From an uncultured Gemmataceae bacterium (GTDB taxonomy: Bacteria; Planctomycetota; Planctomycetia; Gemmatales; Gemmataceae): 64,000 nt of DNA. The notes below the pieces were generated by a model that saw only the letters and a program-made list of their open reading frames with translations, searched no databases and was not told the DNA's origin. Made by a program: the position numbers and the translations under genes. The DNA lies in assembly GCA_963750165.1 (NCBI GenBank), contig CAVVPN010000003.1, positions 2,560,001 to 2,624,000 on the forward strand. The letters are read 5' to 3'. Of this stretch, positions 48,423 through 56,736 are shown piece by piece; the stretch's first letter is position 1; each line of letters starts with the position of its first letter.

Positions 48423-49784
48423 TTCGAGAATCTTGCGGATCGCCGCCGCCACCTCGGCCGCCGGCACCGCCTGCTCCACGCGCGTCTTCAGGTCCTTGAC
48501 CTTCCAGGTGCCGCCGGCGAACTCGTCCGGCCCCGCGACCAGCGCCACGCGGAAGCCGCGCCGCTCCGCATACTGCAACTGCGGCCCGATCTTGCGCGGC
48601 TCCGGGTAGACCTCCACACCAATGTCCTGCGCTCGCAGTTCGCGCGCCAGCCGTTGATACTGGCCGAGGTAGTCCGCGCTGAACTGCACCACCAGCACCG
48701 GCGCCGGCGTCGCAACCTGCGGCAACATCTTCAACTCTTCCATCGCCGCCAGCAGCCGATCCAGGCCGAGCGACGCGCCAACTCCAGGCAGACTTTGCTT
48801 GGTGTAAAGGCCAGCGAGGTTATCGTAGCGGCCACCGGAGCAGACGCTGCCGATGTCGGGCTTGTCCAGAAGGAACGTCTCGAAGATCGTCCCGGTGTAA
48901 TAATCTAGGCCCCGGCAGATCGATAGATCGATCTTGATGCGTGCCTCTGGCACCTCGGCTGTCCTGGCTACGGCAAGCAATTCTTCCAGGCAGCGGATGC
49001 CAGCAAGACCGATTTTCAGGTTTTCACGGCCTTCGTTGTTGTCCAACCTCTCAAACCATTGCCGAACTTGATACAAGATTTCCTTGTTTGTGCCGGCTTG
49101 TTGAGCGAGCGTTACCACAGCGGCGGCGGGGTCAGACGGAATTCCCGCTTCGATCATCTCAAGGAGCACGTTGGCACGACCAATTTTGGGCAACTTGTCG
49201 AGTGCACGCAAGATCGGCACAGACTTGTCTGCCAAGCCGTGAAGTTCCAGGAGGCCATTCAGGACGAGCCGGTTGTTCACCCGGATCTCAAACTTCTCGA
49301 AGCCCAAGGCACACATCAGATCATGGATCACTAACGCAGTCTCGATGTCGCTGGCATTGGACGTGGTGCCGATGGTGTCGAAGTCACACTGCCAGAACTC
49401 CCGGTAGCGCCCGTGCGCGGTGTTCTCCCCGCGCCACACCGGCCCCATCGCGTAGCGCTTGAAGGGCGTGCCGAGCTGGCCAATGTTCTGGGCGGCGAAG
49501 CGCGCGAACGGCACCGTCAGGTCGAAGCGCAGGGCCACGTCGCGGTCGCCATGATCGCGAAAGCGGTACACAATACGGTCGGACTCTTCCCCGCCCTTGC
49601 CGAGCAGGATTTCCGCGTATTCCAGGGCGGGCGTGTCGATGGGGGCGAAGCCGTAAGAGCGGTAAACGCGGCGGGCGGTTTCCAGCAAGCGCTCGCGCGG
49701 GATCATCAGGGACGGGGGGTAATCGCGAAACCCCCTGAGCGTGCGCGGTTCGATGAGGGTGGGTTGGGCAGCTTGGTCGCTCAT
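48405..49784 (-). CDS. hisS: Histidine--tRNA ligase
   Basis: LRFDLTVPFAR; GRYREFWQCDFD; RGLDYYTG; GGRYDNL; GLDRL; C-terminal anticodon-binding domain. Confidence 0.97.
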   Translation of the reverse strand: MSDQAAQPTLIEPRTLRGFRDYPPSLMIPRERLLETARRVYRSYGFAPIDTPALEYAEILLGKGGEESDRIVYRFRDHGDRDVALRFDLTVPFARFAAQNIGQLGTPFKRYAMGPVWRGENTAHGRYREFWQCDFDTIGTTSNASDIETALVIHDLMCALGFEKFEIRVNNRLVLNGLLELHGLADKSVPILRALDKLPKIGRANVLLEMIEAGIPSDPAAAVVTLAQQAGTNKEILYQVRQWFERLDNNEGRENLKIGLAGIRCLEELLAVARTAEVPEARIKIDLSICRGLDYYTGTIFETFLLDKPDIGSVCSGGRYDNLAGLYTKQSLPGVGASLGLDRLLAAMEELKMLPQVATPAPVLVVQFSADYLGQYQRLARELRAQDIGVEVYPEPRKIGPQLQYAERRGFRVALVAGPDEFAGGTWKVKDLKTRVEQAVPAAEVAAAIRKILEGVISH

Positions 49785-49843
49785 GACGGATCCCCGTGGC
49801 GTTGTTCCTCAATGACTCCCGCAGACGCCCACGGGTTCACCGC

Positions 49844-50039
49844 CTGGTTCGTAGTACCGCCTTTAGAGCGGTTCACACTTGGTTTGCGCACAGCCTGTGG
49901 GACGGCTCTCCAGAGCCGTCCTTGTCTCGGAGACGGCTCTGGAGAGCCGTCCTTGTCTCGGAGACGGCTCTGGAGAGCCGTCCTACGGGGCGTGATCCAC
50001 GCGGCTGTGAACCGCTCTAAAGGCGCTACTACGAACCAG
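49844..50039. mobile_element. Nested composite: REP-A arms > TAGAGCGG MITE-like element (copy 3) > three REP-B units
   Basis: 34-bp terminal inverted repeat with one mismatch. Inner 20-bp palindrome gacggctct(cc/gg)agagccgtc occurs at 49901, 49932 and 49963, separated by an identical 11-bp linker. Confidence 0.85.
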
Positions 50040-50043
50040 CGCG

Positions 50044-51114
50044 TTACGACTGGTTGCGCTTCTTGTCCGCGACGCGCTTCATGAAGCGCTGCTCCTCGTC
50101 GGTCAGCGAGTTCTTGCCGTGCTCCAGGATTTTTTGCAGCAGCTCGTCCATGCGGCGCTCGTCGGCGGCCTGGCTCTCCTCCTCGCGCTGACGCTTGCGG
50201 GCGGCGCGGCGCTGCAGCCAGCGCTGGATGAAGTTCTGCCGGCGCTTCCGCACCGGCGGCGGCTGGTCGCGCTCCAGGCTGGTGTAGCCCTGCGAGAAAT
50301 CGTAGCCGAACAGTGACTCCTCGCCGCCCGTCTCCAGGCGAATCCACTCCGCCTTGCACGCGAAGTAAATGAACACCGCCAGAAAGAACCACATCACCTC
50401 GTTCACGATGATCGAGAACGTGCCGACGATGAACATGACCAGGAAGCCGACGAAGATCGCCGTCAGCATCGACTGGCGGTAGCCCAGCCGCGGCCACAAC
50501 GCTGCCTGGAACATGCGGCCGCCGTCCAGCGGAAAACCGATCAGCACCACGTTGAGCAGGAAGCTGACCCAGTTCACCCAGAAGAACATCGCCAGCAGCA
50601 CCTGCCAGGTTTCCAGCGGCAGCCGATCCCCCAGGGAGACGGCCAGCAGCGAACCGGCGTGCGCCTTGCCGTCGTGGAAGTTGTACAGCTCGGGAACCCA
50701 GACCTGGTTGCCGCGCGGATCGAACGAGGGCACGAACTGGAACGCCACCAGGACGCCGCCGACCAGCGTACACAGCAGCAGATTGACCAGCGGCCCGCCG
50801 GCGGCGCAGACGAAGTGGGCACGCGGGGTGTGCGGCAGTTCACAGGAGGCCAGACCGCCCAGCGGCCAGAGCAGCACTTCGCGGGCGTCGCCGTCCACCA
50901 GGCGGGCGGCGAAACAGTGGCCGAACTCGTGCAGCAGCACCGAGAAGAACAGCAGAATCATGATGACCAGCATGGCGGCGCCGCCGACGCTGCCCCACAG
51001 GGTCGCCGCCCGCAGCCACATGCCGAGCACGAACACCACGAACAGGATGTGCATACGGATCGTGATCCCGAACAGGCGTCCCAGCGGCAGCGACCAGCTA
51101 AACGGATCACGCAT
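50044..51114 (-). CDS. Site-2 protease (M50) with C-terminal DUF6576-like helical domain
   Basis: LLHEFGH; AAGGPLVN; FPLDGGR; MDELLQKILEHGKNSLTDEEQRFM. Confidence 0.9.
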   Translation of the reverse strand: MRDPFSWSLPLGRLFGITIRMHILFVVFVLGMWLRAATLWGSVGGAAMLVIMILLFFSVLLHEFGHCFAARLVDGDAREVLLWPLGGLASCELPHTPRAHFVCAAGGPLVNLLLCTLVGGVLVAFQFVPSFDPRGNQVWVPELYNFHDGKAHAGSLLAVSLGDRLPLETWQVLLAMFFWVNWVSFLLNVVLIGFPLDGGRMFQAALWPRLGYRQSMLTAIFVGFLVMFIVGTFSIIVNEVMWFFLAVFIYFACKAEWIRLETGGEESLFGYDFSQGYTSLERDQPPPVRKRRQNFIQRWLQRRAARKRQREEESQAADERRMDELLQKILEHGKNSLTDEEQRFMKRVADKKRNQS

Positions 51115-51209
51115 GGCATCCACCCGACAAGCACATGGATTCGGGAACCACTATCCAGATAGTATCAGCCGACCCCCGCCGACGCAATCACCCGTCTGCG
51201 GCCGGCGCC

Positions 51210-51277
51210 GGCGAGCGGCGCGGCGTCAGCCCGCCATGGAGCGCCAGACACGGCGGGCTGACGCCGCGCCGCTCGCC
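51210..51277. repeat. REP-like doublet, 26-bp arms
   Basis: ggcgagcggcgcggcgtcagcccgcc ... ggcgggctgacgccgcgccgctcgcc. Confidence 0.85.
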
Positions 51278-51409
51278 ACGCGCTCGAGTATCAACGAGAA
51301 AAACCAGAATCCAGTTGTCCAGGATTGATCCCGGCGGTGATAATAGCGGATAGTTGCAGAAGCCGTGCCGTTTGCGGCCCGGCCCCCCGCCCCCGTGGAG
51401 ACGACCGAC

Positions 51410-53110
51410 ATGGCCAAGCCGATGCCTTCCCCCGTGGACCCGCACCTGTTGCCCGTGCGCCGCCGGCTGACGCTGGCGGCGTTCCTGCGGCTGCTGGTGT
51501 GGACCTGGACCGCCGCGCTGCTGCTGACCGCCGGCTGGGTCGTGGCCCAACCGTGGCTGCTGCGCGGGGCCGACGCCGACCCGCGCTGGCTGGTGGTCGT
51601 CGGCGGCCTGGTGCTGGCGACCGCGGCCGCTGCCCTCGTGGCCTGGCTGCGCGCCCCTCGAAGCTCGAGGCAGCCCTGGCCCTGGACGAGCGCTTCGGCC
51701 TCCGTCGAGCGCACCACTACCCTGCTCGGCCTGACGCCGGAACAGCAGGACTCGGCCGCCGGCCAGGCGCTGCGAGCGGATGTGGAGGAACGGGTGCGCG
51801 GCCTGGATGTCGGCAGGCGTTTCGGCGTCGGACTGCCGTGGCGGCTGTGGCTGCCGCCGGCCGGCGCCGCGGTGCTGGTCGTGCTGGCCTGGCTGTTCGC
51901 GCCGGTGCCGCCGCCGCTGGGGGCCGCCGACACCAATGACGTGGCCAGGGTGAAGGTCAAGCCCGAACTGATCGAGAAGGCCAAGGACGAGTTGAAAGAC
52001 GCGCTCAAGGCCGAGAAGGCAAAGGACCAGCCGCGCTCCGACAAGCTGCGTGAAATCCTCCTGGACATCGAGCAGATCGCCAACAACGACTTCGACCCGA
52101 ACAACAAGGATGACGTGCTCGACCAGGCCAGGGCGCTCAACGACGAGGAAAAGAAGATCGACGAGGAGATCCAGAAGGCCGAGGAGCGGGAAGAGCATCT
52201 GAAAAAGGAGTTCGAGAAGGTGTTCGGCAAGGAGGACGAGGACAACCCGCGCAAGGAGGGGCCGGGCAAGCAGGCCGAGGACGCCCTGGGCAAGGGCGAC
52301 CTCAACAAGGCCGCCGACGAGTTGAACAAGCTCGCCGGCGACCTCAAGAACGACAAGCTCAACGACGAGCAGAAGCAGCAGTTGCAGGACCAGATCCAGC
52401 AGATGAAGGAGCGCATCGACAAGGCCGCCGAGGAGCAGAAGCAGAAGCAGAAGGAGCTGGAGGAAAAGCAGAAAAAGGCGGAGGAGCAGAAGCAGCAGGC
52501 CGACAAGGAAAAAGCGCAGGCCAAGAACGAGCAGGAGAAACAGCAGGCCGAGGAGAAGCAGAAGGAGGCCGAGCAGAAACAGGCCGAGCTGAAGAAGCAG
52601 GAAGGCGAGCTGAAGGAGCAGGAGAAGCAGCAGCAGGACCTGAACAAACTGGGCCAGAAGCTGGGGCAGGCCGAGAAGGACCTGAAGGAGGGCGACGGCA
52701 AGGACGCGGCCCAGAAGCTGGGCGACGCGGCGAAGGATCTGAAGGACCTGGGCGCGGGCCAGGAGAAGCAGGACCTGGAGAACCTGAAACTCCAGTTGCA
52801 GAACGCCCGCGAGAAAATGCTGGCGGGGCTGGAAGGCGGGGGGCCGCGGCCATTCGCCCAGGACGGCGACACAAAGAGCAAGAACGAGAAGCAGCACGCC
52901 TTCGTGGACAGCAAGGGCAAGCAGCAGCGGGTCGGCTTCACCCAGGGCGGCAGCAACCAGTCGAAGTTCAGCGCGAAGGAAGTGCAGGGCGTGTTCCGTC
53001 AGGCCCAGCAGTGCGCCGCCGAGGAAACCGAGCGCCAGGGCGGCACTTTGGAGACGCGCGCCATCGAGTCGCACTACTTTGGCAAGCTGGCCAATGGCAA
53101 GAAGAAATGA
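51410..53110 (+). CDS. Membrane-anchored K/E/Q-rich coiled-coil protein (DUF4175-like architecture); compensating indels at ~51657 and ~51706
   Basis: Three N-terminal TM segments and a long coiled coil. The alternative frame between the indels reads SKLEAALALDERFGLR-ERTT, a better fit than SSRQPWPWTSASASV. Confidence 0.8.
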   Translation: MAKPMPSPVDPHLLPVRRRLTLAAFLRLLVWTWTAALLLTAGWVVAQPWLLRGADADPRWLVVVGGLVLATAAAALVAWLRAPRSSRQPWPWTSASASVERTTTLLGLTPEQQDSAAGQALRADVEERVRGLDVGRRFGVGLPWRLWLPPAGAAVLVVLAWLFAPVPPPLGAADTNDVARVKVKPELIEKAKDELKDALKAEKAKDQPRSDKLREILLDIEQIANNDFDPNNKDDVLDQARALNDEEKKIDEEIQKAEEREEHLKKEFEKVFGKEDEDNPRKEGPGKQAEDALGKGDLNKAADELNKLAGDLKNDKLNDEQKQQLQDQIQQMKERIDKAAEEQKQKQKELEEKQKKAEEQKQQADKEKAQAKNEQEKQQAEEKQKEAEQKQAELKKQEGELKEQEKQQQDLNKLGQKLGQAEKDLKEGDGKDAAQKLGDAAKDLKDLGAGQEKQDLENLKLQLQNAREKMLAGLEGGGPRPFAQDGDTKSKNEKQHAFVDSKGKQQRVGFTQGGSNQSKFSAKEVQGVFRQAQQCAAEETERQGGTLETRAIESHYFGKLANGKKK

Positions 53111-53141
53111 TATTGCGCTTGTCGCCTGAAAAAAGAAACAT

Positions 53142-53177
53142 CGAGCCCGGCGCTAACCCCGTCGGGCTCGTTTTTTT
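53142..53177 (+). terminator. Intrinsic terminator
   Basis: cgagcccggcg-ctaaccc-cgtcgggctcg followed by T7; an upstream A-tract may make it bidirectional. Confidence 0.85.
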
Positions 53178-53280
53178 CGGAGAAATCGGCGGCTGTGCGG
53201 CCGTGGCGGTTTGCATTCAGCCGGACTGTGACGTAGGAATTGGTTGTCCTCGACTTTTGGGGAGAAGAAGAGGACACTTT

Positions 53281-53322
53281 AGGGCCGTCCGACAGAGAGG
53301 GGATTGTCGGCGGCCCTTTTTT
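53281..53322 (+). terminator. Second intrinsic terminator with no gene in front of it
   Basis: agggccg(t)ccgaca-loop-tgtcggcggccct followed by a T-run. Confidence 0.7.
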
Positions 53323-53327
53323 CGTAC

Positions 53328-53456
53328 ACAGAAGTCAGAAGTCAGAAGTCAGCAGTCAGCGGTCAGCGAGAAGGGTTGTGGTGCCAGGAAGTACACCTGG
53401 CGCCGCAACCCTTCGCTCTTTACACTGACCTCTGACTTCCAACCTCTGACTTCTGT
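53328..53456. repeat. Inverted pair of CAGAAGT heptamer tracts
   Basis: acagaagtcagaagtcagaagtcagcagtcagcggtcag ... ctgacctctgacttccaacctctgacttctgt. Confidence 0.85.
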
Positions 53457-53473
53457 TTTCGTGGGAGGAGCAC

Positions 53474-54507
53474 ATGCACCGCACTCGTCTGGCAGCCGTG
53501 GCGCTGCTCGGTCTGTTCGCCGGCGGCGTCGGCCTGCACGGCCAGGACAAGGTTGCCCCCGGCAAGGCCGGGCTGCCCGTTGGCCTGGTGGCCGCCGATG
53601 TCCAGGCCGCCGCCGCGTCCGTCGTCTGCTTCCTCGAAGGCCCGGCCGTGGACGCCGCGGGCAATATCTACTTCAGCGACATTTCCGGTAACCGTATTCT
53701 CAAACGCAGCCCCGACGGCAAGGTGACCGTCTTCCGCGCCGACAGCGGCCGCACCAACGGCAACACCTTCGACGCCCAGGGTCGTCTGCTCAGCTGCGAG
53801 GGCGCCGAGAACGGCCCCGGCGGCCGCCGCCGTGTCGTCCGCACCGACCTGAAGACCGGCAAGGTCACGGTCATCACCGAGCGCTTCGGAGGCAAGCGCT
53901 ACAACAGCCCCAATGACGTTGTGGTGGATCCGAGCGGCCGCATCTGGTTCACGGACCCGCGCTACGGCGCCGACCGCAGCGACCTGGAGATGACCGACGA
54001 GAGCGTCTATCGCGTGGACCCCGACGGCACCGTGACGCGCGTGCTGACGCAACCGCAGATCGACCGGCCCAACGGCCTCGCGATGACGCCGGACGGCAAG
54101 ACGTTGTACGTGATCGACAGCCATCCGAAGGTGGGCGGCAACCGCAAAATCTGGGCGTTCGCGGTGACGGCGGACGGCAGTTTGAAGGACCGGCGGCTGG
54201 TGTACGACTTCGGCAAGGGCCGCGGCGGCGACGGCATGCGCCTGGACAGCAAGGGCAATTTGTGGGTGGCCGCGGGCATCTACAACAAGCGCGGCCCCGG
54301 CGAGACGCTGGACGTGCCGACCGGCGTGTATGTGATTTCGCCGCAGGGCAAGCTGCTGGGCGCATCCCCACCCCGGAGGACCTGATCACCAACCTGGCGT
54401 TCGGCGGCGCGGACCGCAAGACGCTGTACGTCACCGCGGGCAAGACGCTGTATCAAATCCCGGTGAGCGTCGCGGGCTACAGCCTGTACCCGCCAACGGC
54501 GAAGTAG
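53474..54507 (+). CDS. SMP-30/gluconolactonase/LRE family, secreted; frameshift at ~54360
   Basis: Signal peptide; FLEGPA; YFSDI; SPNDVV; FTDP; PNGLA; DGMRLD; second frame RIPTPEDLITNLAFGGADRKTLYVTAG. Confidence 0.9.
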
Positions 54508-54520
54508 CTGACGGATTACC

Positions 54521-54624
54521 GGAGTGGTAGCGGAAGTCGCCAGACTTCCGAAGCGCCGACTGGAGTGGTAGCGGAAGTCGCCAGACTTCCGAAGCGCCGA
54601 CGGAAGTCTGGCGACTTCCGCTAC
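54521..54624. repeat. REP cluster: two direct 41-bp units plus one inverted REP
   Basis: GTAG-cggaagtc-gcca-gacttccg twice, then cggaagtctggcgacttccg-CTAC. Confidence 0.88.
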
Positions 54625-54645
54625 ACCGATTGGCCCGCGCTGAAC

Positions 54646-54675
54646 TTGCTCGTCAACACCGCGTCGCTATACCAT
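54646..54675 (+). promoter_or_regulatory. Candidate sigma70 promoter giving a leaderless bioB transcript
   Basis: TTGCTC-N18-TACCAT, ending 5 nt before the ATG at 54681; no Shine-Dalgarno sequence. Confidence 0.4.
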
Positions 54676-54680
54676 TCCGC

Positions 54681-55624
54681 ATGAAGACACTTGCCGAACT
54701 CCAGGCGATTCACGACCTGCCGCTGCCCGAGTTGATGCTGCGGGCCGCCGAGGTCCACCACACGCACCACCGCGCTGACGACATCCAGCGCTGCGCCCTC
54801 CTGAGCATCAAGACCGGCGGCTGCCCCGAGGACTGCGGCTACTGCGCCCAGAGCACCGCTTCGACACCGGCGTGCCGGCGACGGCGCTGCTGAGCGTCGC
54901 GGAGGTCACGGAGCGGGCGCGGCGGGCCAAGGAACTCGGGGCGACCCGCTTCTGCATGGGTGCGGCGTGGCGCTCCGCCAAGGACGGGCCGGCGTTCGAG
55001 CAGGTGCTCGACATGGTGCGGGCGGTGCGGGCGCTGGACCTGGAAGCGTGCGTCACCCTCGGCATGCTCACCGACGACCAGGCGAAGCGGCTGCGCGACG
55101 CGGGGCTGACCGCGTATAACCACAACCTCGACACCTCCAGAGATTTTTATCCGTCGATCATCTCGACGCGCACCTACGACGACCGCCTGGCGACGCTGCG
55201 GGCGGTCAGCAAGGCGGGCATCGCGGTCTGCTGCGGTGGCATCGTCGGCATGGGCGAAACAGTGCGCGACCGGCTGCAACTGCTGGCGGAGCTGGCGGCG
55301 CTGGAGCCGCCGCCGGAGAGCGTGCCGATCAACTGCCTCGTGCCCATCACCGGCACGCCGCTGGAACAGGCGCCGCCGATCGACTCCATCGAACTGGTAC
55401 GGCTGATCGCCACGGCGCGGATCGCGTTTCCACGGGCGCGCGTCCGCCTCAGCGCCGGCCGCGACCGCATGAGCCGCGAACTGCAAATCCTCTGCTTCCT
55501 CGCGGGGGCCAACTCGATTTTCTTCGGCGAAAAACTGCTGACGGCCCCGAACCCGGACGCCAGCGCCGACGCCGACTTGTTCCGCGCGATGGGCCTGCCC
55601 GTCCTCGCCCCCGCCGCGCCATGA
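54681..55624 (+). CDS. bioB: Biotin synthase; frameshift at ~54857
   Basis: [62 protein letters not shown]. Confidence 0.95.
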
Positions 55625-56736
55625 GCCTGTTCGCACGCTGGGCCGCCACGCTGGACCGGCTGCGCGCCGCGGGCCGCTACCGCGATCTGGCCACGCCGCA
55701 CGGCATCGACTTCACGTCCAATGATTACCTGGGCTATGCGAAGTTGCCGCCCGAGACGGCCGCCACGGAGTTGGCCCGAAGCGGCACGGCGTCGCGGCTA
55801 TTGCGCGGCCAGCATCCGATCTGGGAGCGGGTCGAAACTGCGCTGGCCGCCTGGCACGGCGCAGAGGCGGCCCTGCTGCTGACCAGCGGCTACGTCGCCA
55901 ACGAGGGCCTGCTCTCGACCGTCCTTGAATCGACGGACTGGGTCGCCTCCGACGCCCTGAACCACGCTTCGATCATTGATGGCCTGCGTCTCAGCAAGGC
56001 GGAGCGCTTCATCTACCGGCACCTCGACCTGGACCACCTGGAGAGCGGTTTGGCGGCGGTCGCGCGCGGGCGAACGGCGGATCGGCAGCTGTTCGTCGTG
56101 ACGGAATCGCTGTTCAGCATGGAGGGGGACGCGGCGCCGCTGGCGGAGCTGGCGGCCCTGGCCCGCCGCCACGGCGCCCACCTCATCGTGGACGAGGCGC
56201 ATTCGACCGGCTGTTTCGGCGCCGCGGGCTCGGGCCTGGTGGACGCGGCGGGGCTGCGCGGCGACGTGCTGGCGACCGTCCACACCGGCGGCAAGGCGCT
56301 GGGCGTCGCCGGGGCGTACATCTGCGGGCCGCCGTCGCTGCGCGAGTTGCTGGTGAATCGCTGCCGGCAGTTCATCTTCACGACGGCCCTACCGCCGTTG
56401 CTGGGAGCATGGTGGCTGGAGGCGTTGGCGCGCGTCCGCGAGGACGCCGCCGGCCGGGCGCGGCTGCACGACAACGCCGAGCTGTTTCGCCAGGAACTGG
56501 CGCGGCACGGCAGCGCGGCCCTGGGCGCGCATTACCTGGTGCCGGTGCTGATCGGTGACGACAACCGGGCAGTGGCGGCGGCGCGGCGATTGCAAGCGGC
56601 CGGCTTCGACCTGCGTGCCGTCCGACCGCCGACGGTGCCGCCGGGCACGGCTCGGTTGCGCGTGTCGGTCCACGCCGACCACACGCGCACGGAGTTGATC
56701 GGCTGTGCCGCGGCCATCGCGGAGGCGCTGCGATGA
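55621..56736 (+). CDS. bioF: 8-amino-7-oxononanoate synthase
   Basis: [48 protein letters not shown]. Confidence 0.95.
   Translation: MSLFARWAATLDRLRAAGRYRDLATPHGIDFTSNDYLGYAKLPPETAATELARSGTASRLLRGQHPIWERVETALAAWHGAEAALLLTSGYVANEGLLSTVLESTDWVASDALNHASIIDGLRLSKAERFIYRHLDLDHLESGLAAVARGRTADRQLFVVTESLFSMEGDAAPLAELAALARRHGAHLIVDEAHSTGCFGAAGSGLVDAAGLRGDVLATVHTGGKALGVAGAYICGPPSLRELLVNRCRQFIFTTALPPLLGAWWLEALARVREDAAGRARLHDNAELFRQELARHGSAALGAHYLVPVLIGDDNRAVAAARRLQAAGFDLRAVRPPTVPPGTARLRVSVHADHTRTELIGCAAAIAEALR

Noticed and set aside
49901..49982. Three palindromic 20-bp repeats resembling a mini CRISPR array
   Set aside because: The linkers are identical 11-mers, too short and not unique; no cas genes or leader; the GTGG/CTAC ends indicate REPs.
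51188..53074. Leu/Phe/Cys-rich minus-strand ORFs as membrane proteins
   Set aside because: Reverse-complement artefact of the K/E/Q-rich coiled-coil gene.
54521..54624. 41-bp direct repeats as a CRISPR array
   Set aside because: No unique spacers; the third copy is inverted; GTAG-hairpin REP layout.
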